DNA of 59,062 nucleotides, counting the filler, from Sluysia triapertura (lineage: Eukaryota): the NCBI GenBank assembly GCA_046118255.1. It is 4 parts of 4 records of this genome, joined end to end, with 100 filler letters (N's around TTAATTAATTAA, not from the genome) between each part and the next. Parts side by side here need not be neighbours in the genome. Positions count along the whole stretch, not along the records: positions 24,926 to 47,761 come from JBJNIA010215141.1; positions 47,862 to 59,062 come from JBJNIA010187403.1; 2 more parts are not named here. One strand, written 5' to 3'. Shown here one piece after another: positions 38,726 through 50,640 of this stretch. Each line of letters starts with the position of its first letter. The first letter of the stretch is position 1. The translations under genes were made by a program, and so were the position numbers. The notes beneath the pieces are model-generated. The model ran no database searches. It was given only the letters and a program-made list of their open reading frames with translations, and was not told where the DNA came from.

Positions 38726-41700
38726 ATGGAAATAGATTTACAGGTTAATTTAATATTTGGAATTCTTAATAACGTATTTACAGTACTTAGTTGTAATACA
38801 ATCCAAAATTGATGTTGAGTATCATCAAAGTCGCTTTGGTTGTTCGACTGTTGATGGTACACCTTACACTCATGAATTTTCAGTTACATTAAATTCACCA
38901 CAAAGTACTATTATAGATCATGTTGAATTTTTTCTTCATGAAACATTTGAAAGACCTTACACGAGTAAGATTATGTTAACCTTTCATTTATATGAAAATC
39001 AGAACGCACAGAAGCGCCTTATAAATTAAGTATGCGTGCCTATAGTAATTTTGATATAAAAGTTCGCTTTATGATTTGTAAACGACGTTTTGAACGAACA
39101 ATTTCAATTGATTTATGTTTTGAAGAATTTCGGAGTAAACTTGATTATATTATATTACCAATTCGCGTACCATTAATTATGGCTAAACATGTGATCAAAA
39201 ATAAATCCGTAAGTGATGCATAGTTTTTCAATTGATTAATATTTGAGAAAGATAAATATTTATTAATTATTTTAATAATTTAAAATAGGTGAGAAAAATT
39301 AGTTTTTGAATAAAATGGAAAATCTAATGTAATGATATTCTCCTATTCTAAATTTTTTCAGTCTTACTAAAGGTGAAGAATTTCTAGCTGATCTTAAATC
39401 GAAATATGGTGCTATTATGTTGATATTTAATTTTTATTAGTTAAATGAATTTAAATAGCGAAATTAATCAATCTTCAGAACATTTTGTAAATTCTTGGAA
39501 TAATACTTTTAGAAATTGTTTTTTTGAAAATAATACTTTTTAACATTGTAATGATTTTATTGAATTCATGCATAAAGTGCAGCTTAGAACGTCTACGTAA
39601 AATTGTGTGGAAAGATGTAAAATTAGTCAAGATAATTGTAGTATAACTAATGAACTAAGTATAAACTGATTTTTTGAAAAGTTACCGTGCCTATTGTTGC
39701 CAAGTCGATAGTAATGTCTTTATATGATTTTCTCGAAGGTAAAGAAATTTGAATTTTAAATTTTTTAAAAACATCTATTTATTGAACATATTCTTGAAAA
39801 AATTCAAGCTATACTAATGTCAAACTCATTTCATTTTGCTTATGAAACTAACTTTTTATTTCAACAACGTTAGCTTTGTAGCTGACATAAATATACTAAA
39901 GTGGAATATTTCCTTTGAATGGTTTTTGTTTCTTTAGCTTCAGCTTTTATCAATTTTATAATTATAACTCAAATTACCACCAGCCCAAAATAACGATTTT
40001 TTGGAATTAATTCGTTACGGAGTACTTTTCCATATGAAAACTGTCACAGAATCTCGGTTTTTGTGGAAAAAATTGAAAATATTTATCTAATTCCTAGTAT
40101 TGATGTGATAATTGCTTCAGTATTTTTAAAAACCTGTCAAACATGAAATTAGGATCTTCATTCATAATATTTCTGAAATAGAAACATGAGAAATAATATT
40201 TCATGTTCTTCTAATGACTTAACGTCTTGAATCAAAGGGAATGATGTAGTAAATATGTCATAATAACTAATACGTGTCACAATTGAATACTAAATGTTTA
40301 TTCAAATTTTCGTAGTCACTTATCAACGTCGGATAAAGGGCCGGGCAAGCCGGTCTACTGCCCGGGGCACCAAATTTTGAGGTGCGCCGATATAAAAATA
40401 AAATAGTTTTTTAGATTTTATAAATTAAAATCGATCATTTTTTATGAGACATCGATTTTTTTACCAAGCAATAAAGGTCACAACGCTAATTATCTCGATA
40501 TTGTAAACTGTTTACAAACTGATGTTCAAAAGAAATTATTTTAATTAACTATGTTATTGAATTTTTGACAAGTAGCATTACAAAAATTCTTATGTCACAC
40601 GTATGCAATAGGAATAGCATAACTTTTCAAAGTTCTCGCTTCTTTGTTGTATCGCGCGTATTCTTTTTTAAACGGTTATTTATTGTGTGATTTTGATTTC
40701 TTGTCTTTTTTTACTATTTTTTTAAATCGCGGTAAATTTGAAAGGGGGCCAAATTTTGTTTTGCCTGTGCAAGATTAAGTCAAACAGGCAAATGTAATAC
40801 AAACAAAGCATATAATGAATATTATTATTATTTATTCAGATTCCAGTAATAATTGATAAGGATGAAAATATCATATGTGGTCGATTACGAAATCAATTAT
40901 TGAAAGAAAATATTGGATGTTTATCTGTGAAAATGTTTCCAAATGCTTATAAACATTTAGTAAGTTTGTTTAGAATGATTTTATGTTTGCTTAATGAAAT
41001 AAGGTGCTATTTTACAATAAATTATTCATTTAAATCATTTGAATATTTTTAAGGTATAAAAAATTTCTTTAGTGAACAGGATAAGATACCGCCAATCAAA
41101 AGTTGCATGATTCGTTACAATTATAACAAATTGTTGAACCAAGTCTGATTGATGTGGTTTTCAGTAGTTGCGTAATACCAGCTAATATACAATGCGGCAA
41201 AATAAGAATAAGAATATTGATGCAATTACTGCAAATGAAGAAAGAGTATATTATCAACATTTGTTGCTGGGTACTATAATAAGACAATGTAATTATATTC
41301 GTACATTATTTTAAAGTATAAACTATTATTTTGATTAAATTACCTTGCCACTAGAAATCTTTGAAATGTCAAGCTATATTTCCCACTAAGTTCTTTATAC
41401 ATTATTCTGAAAATTATATGCAACTACAATATATTCAAGAAACAGTACGAGAAAAAAATCTATAGGTGGTTTTATTTCATCTTAAAGAAAATACGAATTA
41501 AAACAAAAAATGTCAATTTTATTGATATATTGAGAGCTTTCGAGAGTTATTTAGTCGAAAATTTCAAGATCTCCCTTATCATTGCGACCAAAATAATCTA
41601 GCCTGTCTTGACTAGGCTAGTAAGGATTTATGTTTACAGTCTCCTAGGATTGGCTGATATACTGCAGCAATACGGAAGTTATTGCAAATAAGTTTGAAGT

Positions 41701-43759
41701 TGTGCTTAGAAATTGCACTGATTATATCCAAATTAATAGGTTTCTGGAGGTGCTTTAAATGATGAGAAAGATGAGCAGCCGCCCATGCACTTGGTATCGA
41801 GCACGATAAGTAGTGCATCGATCTATTGAATCAGGCGCCCTAAAATTTGAAACTTAAAAATAAAGTATAAAGTGTAATTTTGCTGAATTTTTCTTGTTCG
41901 TGTAACTAACAAAGGGGGTACATATGATTAACCTTGATGAGTCGTACGTTTTGAAGGCTTTTGAACTTTGATTGACTTTATCACTTATTTCCATTTTTAT
42001 TTGTCATTTATTTTGAACAATGCTTCCAATACACAAATCACACACGGATATTCAAATGGAAAATTAATAGCGATACAGGATGTAATAGAAATTAATAATA
42101 CGTTATTTGATTCATTGAATGACAACACATTTATCACACTTTGATTCGGCAGCATTTTTATTTTCTCAATAAATTGCTGCAAATATCTTTTAACCTTGTT
42201 TTTAGATGTCATTTTTAACTTTGAAGATATCATTTTCGAATACCACTTTTGGCCAGTGAAGATATTTCTGTACAATTGAACTAAATGTGCTGTAAATAAG
42301 TAAAGGAACATGATTACATAATTTCAGATTTTTAGAAAATATGGTTTTTGAAAAAATGTTTTGGGACACATGTCCCTGCAGTATGGGATACATATCTGGG
42401 GCTTATATATTCCCGCAGTATTGAAAGGGCTAAACATTTTTTGTGAATTTATCTGAAAGTTGCTGGAAAGCTCTCGTTTTATGGATCAGTCCTTTCTCCA
42501 CTACCTAAAGAATCCGTTTCAAAAATTTTCGAATATAAGGAATTTCCTTAATTTCGCCCTTAATTTATAATTAGCACATTTGATAGAATAAAAAAATCAT
42601 TTTTGTATAATTTTTCAGAAAGCACTGTTGAAACAGAATAATATAGAATCTGATTCAATTGAACTATCACAAGTTTCTTCAAATAGTAAACATAAATCCA
42701 GTGCGATGATTGGTCGATTGATGAACCCGAATGTCACTGATGAATCGGAAGAAGATTGTTCATTTGAAGACTTGAAAGCGCTACGAAAAAGTGGTGCTAC
42801 TGATAAATCATTAAAACATCGCGATTCTGGTGATTTTAGTTCTAAATCTTTGTCACACAAAACTAAATCGGTATTAAATTCCACAGAATTATTAACGAAA
42901 AACGCAGAATATAGCAAAAATAAGTCGAAAAAAGAAGACATGAATAAACAGTTACCATCAAGCGAGTCGAATTTGGAAAAAAGTATCAAAAAAATCAAAG
43001 ATCCAGACATAAATATTGCAAATACGATGCAAAATAAAGTCAAACAGAGTCAGCATCTTTGTGAAAACAGTCAAGGGACAAATACAAAAAGCGCTTTATC
43101 GAATTTGCCTTTCATCAATGATCCAAGTAAATCGGAAAGGGGTAATAACTTGAACAATAAAAATATCAAATCGCAAGGGAAAAGAAAACGTGATTCAACA
43201 GACGATAATTCCCATGACATTGAAAGTAAAAGAAAGAAGCAAGAAATATTGTTAAAACAAAGTCATTCTACAAAAGCTGTAGAGAGTAGTAAATATGAAA
43301 ATAAACAACCAATTGTTCATAAGAAAGATATTTCACGTTTTTTGCCATCGAATGATGGTCGTGGTGCAGGCTCGAATATTTATACAAAAAAGAATAAGCA
43401 AGTAAATTCAGAATTATTTGGTTCCGATTTAGACAATGATTCAGATGATGATGATGACGATGACGACTCTAAAAATGTACAAATAAAACAGCTGTTACAA
43501 ACTAAATCCACTACAACTTTAGAAATAAAACCGTCAAAAGTCAGACCACAAGTAAACCGTAATGTTGCGAAATCAGAACCAAAATTGACGACACAAGACA
43601 GTGTTAATAATCAACGTTATCCGCAGCTGGGAACTTTTACAAAGCATCCTTCTGTTAATTATGCTATTTTAGATGAATCAAGTGATAATGATGAAAGTGG
43701 GAAGGAGCGCAATCAAATATCGCAACAAGTGACACAGAAAGTTAATCTAAAATATCAGT
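38726..43759 (+). CDS. YEATS-domain protein, ENL/AF9-like, exons 1-5
   Basis: In-frame exons 38726-38743, 38784-38964, 39003-39208, 40840-40959 and 42619-43759. Spliced PYTHEFSV...DHVEFFLHETFERPYTKRTEAPYKLSMRAYSNFDIKVRF aligns to AF9 FTHDWMV...[39 protein letters not shown]. The long S/K/D-rich exon 5 fits the ENL/AF9 linker. The 3' end is ambiguous (43882-43964 or 44927-45696). Confidence 0.85.
40337..40790. mobile_element. Probable hAT-type MITE in a YEATS-gene intron
   Basis: GC-rich end AGGGCCGGGC...GCCCGGGGCACCAAATTTTG typical of CAGGGCCGG-type hAT ends; related GGGGGCCAAATTTTG..GCCTG at ~40744; right end degraded. Confidence 0.4.
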
Positions 43760-43990
43760 GTAAGTAATTTACTTATTTAATGAACAATTTCTTTCTATTT
43801 ATTTATCTATTTATACGCAATAATCATTTCTTTTTGTTAAATCTGAATGAATGTTGATTGTTCCACACTTGTTTGGAATAGTCTACGAGTTTTTCGATGA
43901 CAAGTCAGAACGAGTTCGAATAATCATCAACATTCAGATAAAGAGCGATAAACATCGTTTCTAAGTATTTTAATATTTTGTGAGAATATA

Positions 43991-44741
43991 CAAGGTGTCC
44001 CAAAAGTAACCGAATCGCAAACTTAAATAAAAATTGTATATCAAAAACGACAAATTTAATAGGTATATTTATTATTTACAAATGTTCAAAATGTCCACTT
44101 TGAACTTCAATAAAAGGAAGAAATCTTTTGACATCACTGTGACATACTTTCTCGCAAGTTTGCTCTAATTCTAATCGTTTATCCGGATCATCCTCATTTA
44201 GGTCATGAAGAAGATGAGGTCTGTATGGTTTTAGACCAATGTCGTGCAGATAGGATGAAGTGAGGTTCAGCACTTTCGATGCCCGCAAGATAGATTTTTT
44301 AGGAGAATGAACAAACGCAGCTGACACTGTATCTCCGTTTTCAGGTGAACAAACGGAGAACGACCCTATTAAGAAGCATTTGACACTATCAGTTTTTTCA
44401 AATTTGGATACAAGATTAAATATTGTCGATTTACTCGGTGTTCTGAAGTTTGCTTCCCATTTTTTTTCAATATGCTTTTAGGTAGTCCTTGCATAGTAAT
44501 TCTTAATAACGAAGATACATTCGTTGAAATCTAAAGTTCTTCGTTGCATTTTTAAGAATGAGGGACCAGAAGCGCACGCTGAACAAAAATCAAGCAATGA
44601 CGTCAGAACTAAAGTCACTCCAGAGACTACTAATCGCAGAAGGAAATGAATGAATAGTAGCGAAGATAACATAAAATGACATAAAAGAAGATATCTGACT
44701 TTTATTTAAGTTTGCGGTTCGGTTACTTTTGGGACACCATG
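43991..44741 (-). mobile_element. Internally deleted Tc1/mariner-superfamily element with intact TIRs
   Basis: TA-CAAGGTGTCCCAAAAGTAACCGAATCGCAAACTTAAATAAA ... TTTATTTAAGTTTGCGGTTCGGTTACTTTTGGGACACCATG-TA; transposase remnant PSKSTIFNLVSKFEKT, SPKKSILRAS, LKPYRPHLLHDLNEDDPDKRLE fused directly to the C-terminal GHFEHL; catalytic core deleted. Confidence 0.92.
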
Positions 44742-44926
44742 TACTTTGTTATTTGTTTTATTTTATTGTATATCTAAATGCTTTCATATCATAAAATGTT
44801 CTTTGAAAAAGTAGTAATGGTATCACTATAACTTTGAATAGATGTAAATTAAATATAACATTATCCACAGGTTTGATTTTTCATGTTGACTATTATTATC
44901 ATTATCATTATTATTATTATTACCAG

Positions 44927-45696
44927 GTAACAATGTAAATATTATCGCTCCTAATTCAGTTGATAGTGGATACGAATCAAAGTATACCGACTGTAGTTCA
45001 GTTACAGTTGCATCAGCAGCATCTGCTGTCACCACTAGTCAAACATTACCTTTCAATTTTATCGATCTACCCAAAATTGATCTAAAGCTGACTTCCAGAC
45101 CTCCATTAATCACCGAAAATATCGCAGCACTGACCAAAATCGATATTGACACATTAAGATTTTATCTGTACAAAGATTTTCAATGTTTGATACATTATAT
45201 TTGTGGAGATATTTTATCAACCAATCAAATTAACAACATCACAATCATTTACTTGGATATCCTATCAGACTGCGATCTGAAGAATATCTTGGAATATGTT
45301 ACGTTTTACACATGGAAGATCTACGACAATGGTGCTACATTACGATTGAGATTAGCATTACGTCGCATTGTGACGAATTATTCGTATTCGGAATCGGAAA
45401 TGGAACTGTTGCAACGTGTTCTGCAAGAGTATAAAGACGACTATTGCAGTTTGAATTTAGTGGAATGTTACAGTTATTCGGATTGCTTGGAAATCGTTGG
45501 TGGCGTTTGTTTCACCAAGGCCAATAAACAAGTGATTGAGATGATTATGAAGTTGTTTATTAAGTTTGCCTTTGATCTCGGACTGGATCTGAATCAGAAA
45601 ATGAGCAATGAATATGACGAACAACACAATCAACAAGATGGTACTACCATGATGAGTTTACAATATTGTGATAGAATAAATAATGGGCATTCCTAA
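44927..45696 (+). CDS. Terminal coding exon (~255 aa), probably the last exon of the YEATS gene
   Basis: Frame is open from the ttaccag acceptor (44926) to TAA at 45696, longer than the listed ORF; the phase-1 acceptor matches the phase-1 GTAAGT donor at 43760; contains DSGYES and a helical-looking C-terminal domain. Confidence 0.65.
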
Positions 45697-45822
45697 ACAG
45701 CACTTTTATTGAATTTATTTTTGGAAGAACATGTTTAGATCTATTAATATTATTGTGCATTTTTGTGATCCCACTGATTTTTATTGAATTTTCTACTAGA
45801 AGCAAACTTTTCCTAAAGATTA

Positions 45823-45825
<3 letters not shown>

Positions 45826-45878
<53 letters not shown>
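45826..45878. repeat. (TAT)n microsatellite
   Basis: Direct reading. Confidence 0.95.
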
Positions 45879-45881
<3 letters not shown>

Positions 45882-47219
45882 GTACCATATTTTTGAATTA
45901 ATATTCATTGAAATGAAGTTAATTCTTGATTAATCAGTAATTTTAAATTTTAGTCTTTTGGGTACGCACTGTACTTATGTTTCATATTGTTCATCGGCAA
46001 TCTTTCGCTGAAGCTATCTCATGTCAGTGACTATTATTTCGTAATTCAATATGGAATTAAATTTGTTATAAAAATCTGAACACGTCTAAGCACGATGAAC
46101 AAAGTTTTTGCAGTAATCTATATTGCCACGTGTTTCATAAATTGAAATTGCTAATGCAAGTACAACCACGAGTTAACTCGTGATCGGTGAACAATGTGTT
46201 AATATTAATATTACTTATTTTAATGAAAGACGATGTTACGTATATTATTTTAAAGATAACTCAAAAGCATTTATTGATTACTGAGGTCATCGATGGTCTC
46301 GAGATTCACAAATTCAAGGATCCTTTATTATCACAAGGTCTCAATACCCTATAAAGTTCTTTGCAACTCCAAGGTATTCAGCTTTCAGCGTAACTGCAGA
46401 TGTTTTCACCTTCATCATTCTTGGTCCAACAATATCTAAAGTGTTCCATACATCACTTCGCATCTCAATTTCATATTTTATTTACCAATTTTCTCTTCAA
46501 CAGTTGGATAAGCCTAACCGAATAACAAATTATCAAAATTATGAAGGTTAAATATTTGGTTACTCAGCTTACATGCCTTTTACAATACCTTTATAAAGTA
46601 TGCTCGACAAATTCAATTCGATTTCTTAATGACTGTTCCTCATGTTTACGGGTTTACTTAATAAACGATTTTAAATCCTTTAAAATAGGGCATGAAAATA
46701 AAAGTTTAATATCTTAAAATAAGTAATTCGACGAATTTTAATAATTTAAAACTATATAAATTAATAAGTGTTTACCAAAAATTAAATCATATTTTAAAAA
46801 TAACTTGGACAGGGAACCTCCGGAAAAATTAAATCTTAACTAAAAGTTATAAAAATAATAGAATGAACTACTAAATAATTTTTTGTTATTTTATTTGATC
46901 AATAAAATAATGAAATTTACAAATTTACCCATACGTGGAACTTCAATAATAAGAATTACTCACTTCAATTTCTAAGAATGACGAACGTGAGAAGAGTTTG
47001 ATACAATTCTGAACAAAACTTGTGTTGTAAATTTTGAACTATTTCATTTCGCATTTTTTTGTTATCGATCATCACTATTGCATTTTACAATCAAATAGTC
47101 TTAATTTTAAGAATGTTTAGTTTTAGTGACGTTTTAATTAATGGTTAAATAATGATTATGGCGCATAGGACGTTTAATAAATTAGTTTAACATATGATCA
47201 ATAATTTTAATTAGAAAAT

Positions 47220-47502
47220 TTAACCGTTTGAGTGCAGGAGAATTTTCTTATGCATATGCTAAAAGTCTGGGATGAAATGCGTAGCATTTTTTGGGGCGAA
47301 GCAATTAACACTAATTGTTATATAACAATTAATTTTATTCAAAAAAATATTTTTTTATTTTCACATTACAAAAATGCGCAAATTACATGAACTTTTTTAC
47401 CAAGAGCATCTTCTCATTATCGATACAAAACAAGAAAAGCGCCACATTTTTGGCATACGACAAGTGAAGCGCAATAGCGCTTCGCTGGACTCAAACGGTT
47501 AA
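47220..47502. mobile_element. piggyBac-like MITE
   Basis: TTAA-CCGTTTGAGT...ACTCAAACGG-TTAA inverted ends with TTAA TSD; subterminal hairpin GAAGCGC-AATA-GCGCTTC. Confidence 0.85.
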
Positions 47503-47650
47503 GATATTATTTAGTTTTAGATGGATTTATGTACCTAATTGCATTAGACATTTAGTCGATTTTTCGTACTTAGTATTTAGGAAAATTAAAATTAGAATCT
47601 AAATTATGCATAAAATTAAGGAGACATTTCAGATTTATTTTGTTTAATTC

Positions 47651-47761
47651 TGTTAGGTTGCCATCACAACCCTTTAAAATTACCTAAACTATAATTAAAA
47701 ATCTTAAAAATTACTTTAAAAATATTTAAAAACCTTTAAACAACTTTAAAACATTTATTTT
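47651..47761 (+). mobile_element. LTR family A, copy 4, truncated by the gap
   Basis: TGTTAGGTTGCCATCACAACCCTTTAAA start nearly identical to 7645 and 13842. Confidence 0.75.
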
Positions 47762-47861
47762 NNNNNNNNNNNNNNNNNNNNNNNNNNNNNNNNNNNNNNN
47801 NNNNNTTAATTAATTAANNNNNNNNNNNNNNNNNNNNNNNNNNNNNNNNNNNNNNNNNNNN
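47762..47861. other. Assembly gap with artificial linker
   Basis: 44 N + TTAATTAATTAA + 44 N. Confidence 0.97.
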
Positions 47862-48499
47862 AATTATTTTTGTTAAAAGGTTTCACGTATTCTCCTGATT
47901 AGAAAAAATCTTTTGGAAACTTTGAGGGATCTCGAAAAACTTGTGAAATATTGAAAATATTGTGTAACCGCTTAACAAATTTCCATTGCTATTCATAATT
48001 GTTTTAATCTGATCTTGGCCGGACTAAAACAAATTATTTTATTTAATATAATAAAACAAATTATTATTTCTTGATTAAAAATTAATAATTTAACTAATTA
48101 AGTAAAGACAAGTAAAACAATTAATTAAAAGAGCAATAAGCAATTAAAAACAATTAATTAATATTACTTACATTAATTTGATTTAATTTGACATATAAAT
48201 TATTCCAATAACTACAAATTAAAAATTGTAATATAAAATTTATAAAATAAAGTCCGTAATTTATAATAGTTTATAATATGTACAAAGGTAATACAGTTAT
48301 ATATTCGTTATTAATCATAAAGTAATTCGTTATATCACAAGTTGTTAATAACCATAAAATCAATATTCGTTTATTAGTCATAATCATAACACACATAACA
48401 TCCTTTATACTTTACTCTTAGTATCTAGCATCTTACCACTTACAATTAACTTTGGATTATATCTTTTACTATTATTACTATATTTATCATTGAAGAATA

Positions 48500-48690
48500 T
48501 AAATTTTAACTTTTTCTCTAATATTTTTTCTCAAACCATTGTATCAATTCCATTATTCGTTGTGTTCTTTTAATAGTATTTTCTACATTACGAATTTAAA
48601 TTGATTACCAATTGAAAATTATCGGCATTCATATGGTATTTATGTTGCAACCCAGGTTTATTTGATAAATACATGTGGACGAAATATATC
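48500..48690 (-). mobile_element. Degenerate LINE RT fragment related to 25082-25300
   Basis: Nucleotide similarity (AAACCATT.TATCAATTC...TGTTCTTT.AATAGTATT.TCT) to the 25.1-kb RT fragment. Confidence 0.5.
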
Positions 48691-50485
48691 GCATTACTTA
48701 ATGAAATATTTTATTAAATTATTTTATTGTATTAAATGAACATTCTTTTGAGATCATAAACTGCATCATGATCAGTTTATAAGCAGACAAATGTAACACC
48801 ACCATCAAGACACATTATGAGTGCAACTATTTAATTAAAATGTATTCTTAACACAGCAATTTTTTTCGTACAAAATTTTTACAATTCATGTGAAATTGTT
48901 TTTTAATATTCATTGTATTTGATTCATACCTATAATTATTTAAAAGTAACAAAGCATTACGGAAGTTTTAATAATACAAATTAATAATAATAAAACCCGT
49001 ATTACTTTTTTTTAATCGTTATTTCATTAAAATAGAAATGAAATAATCTAATGCTAACAAACACAAACCAATCCGTAACTATTAAAAGCTTCGCACGAAG
49101 GATTAAATTCACCCAACCCTATAATAAATTATACTATACGGCCTGTATATTTAAGCCATACTATCAAGATAATACTTTTTATTTCTTTAACACAGAAAGA
49201 AATCGGTCACATGTCGCATATTATATAATAGAATATCAGATTTACAAATTATTGAAATTACAATTGTCTTAACCAAATTTTCATTTATAATTGAAGCTAT
49301 TATTTCTCAAAATTAATTACCTTTACTAGTTATTCATCTGAGTTAAATAAATTGTTGGTAAATATATTTACTATACCACATATTAATAAAAAACTTAATT
49401 ACATTATGCATTAAAATTTCTCTTGCCATTAAACTCAAAAATTCAGTACTTCAACAAAATTTGCCTTTCCAAAACTTCTATCAATGTTCTTACTAAATTC
49501 CACTTTATTGACTGATTATATAAAGATAATTTCGTAACACTTACAACATACCATAAATTAAAAAATTATCAGTTACATCTTATGGGGAAACAATTATTTA
49601 AAATCAAATGAATAAGAGAATTGAATTTATTTACATAATTTTTCAAATAAAGTAATAAAAAGCATGATGTTGTAATTACGTTTTTGTAGGTGAATTCATA
49701 TGATGTGTCGACATGCGTAATTAAATTTCTGAACTGTGTAATTTTTAAACGAACTTAACTTTAAATGCATGTAGAATGTCTCAAAATCATATTTTACATT
49801 TATTTAAGTTTTTTAATATAAAAAACTTCACTGAAAATATAAAATGTTCTTTGTAATTTTTCGTTGTCCTAGTAATTTTGAATGTGGTACTTTCACACTT
49901 TTGAGATCTAACGTATATTAAAATTTGACTCTGTTGGATTCACAGTAAATATGGATCATAAAATTACTCAATTGTCCCATGATTTGATAACTTTCACAAA
50001 AAACGTAAAAATTAAAAGCATTACATTTTGAGTACATTTTTACATTTTAAAAAAATGTTGAAATCTATACCATTTATTATTTGAAAGCACAATAGTAAAA
50101 TGAATAACCATAACAAAAATGGAGTTTAATAATAAATATCAGAATGATAACTTCAATAAATCTCAAAGTTTATGACAATCAACAATAAATATAGCTATAA
50201 ACAATAAATAAAATTAAAAATTCAGTTAACTACTAACTATGCAATTACTATTAAAATAAATCAAACATTTTACAATTTTAACTTTTTATCATTGAAATAA
50301 TAATTTTCTTGTGTCAGCATTTTTTAGAATTTGAAATCGCTTTTCTGATCTTTGTTGAATTTGGTAGCAATTGAATCATTAGACGTTTTGATTTATTTTC
50401 ATTTGATTTCGATGGATATTGTAAGGTTGACTTGATGATTACAGTCGGATTTGTTCCAAGTGTAAATTGTGAGACGATGAATTAG

Positions 50486-50640
50486 TTAAACTATTGGTGG
50501 TATGAATGTCGTAATATGGAACTTCTATAGATACCATATTAATATTGACTCGATAATTGAAATCTTTCAATCATTACCTTTCTCAATTCTGCCATTAAAT
50601 TTTGTTTTATGCACCTAACATCGATTCTTACACACATTTG
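50486..50640 (-). CDS. Candidate terminal exons, possibly of CAP-H
   Basis: ttttag acceptor, 63-nt phase-0 exon 50640-50578 (QMCVRIDVRCIKQNLMAELRK), 53-nt GTAATG..TAG intron, then KFHITTFIPPIV*; phase-compatible with the CAP-H donor at 53688. Confidence 0.3.

Noticed and set aside
41997-42393. Minus-strand ORFs in a YEATS intron as a nested gene
   Set aside because: Frameshifted pieces with only a weak hAT-like SKLKM motif; most likely TE debris and too weak to call.
42615-43043. 142-aa minus-strand ORF
   Set aside because: Antisense shadow of the large YEATS-gene exon.
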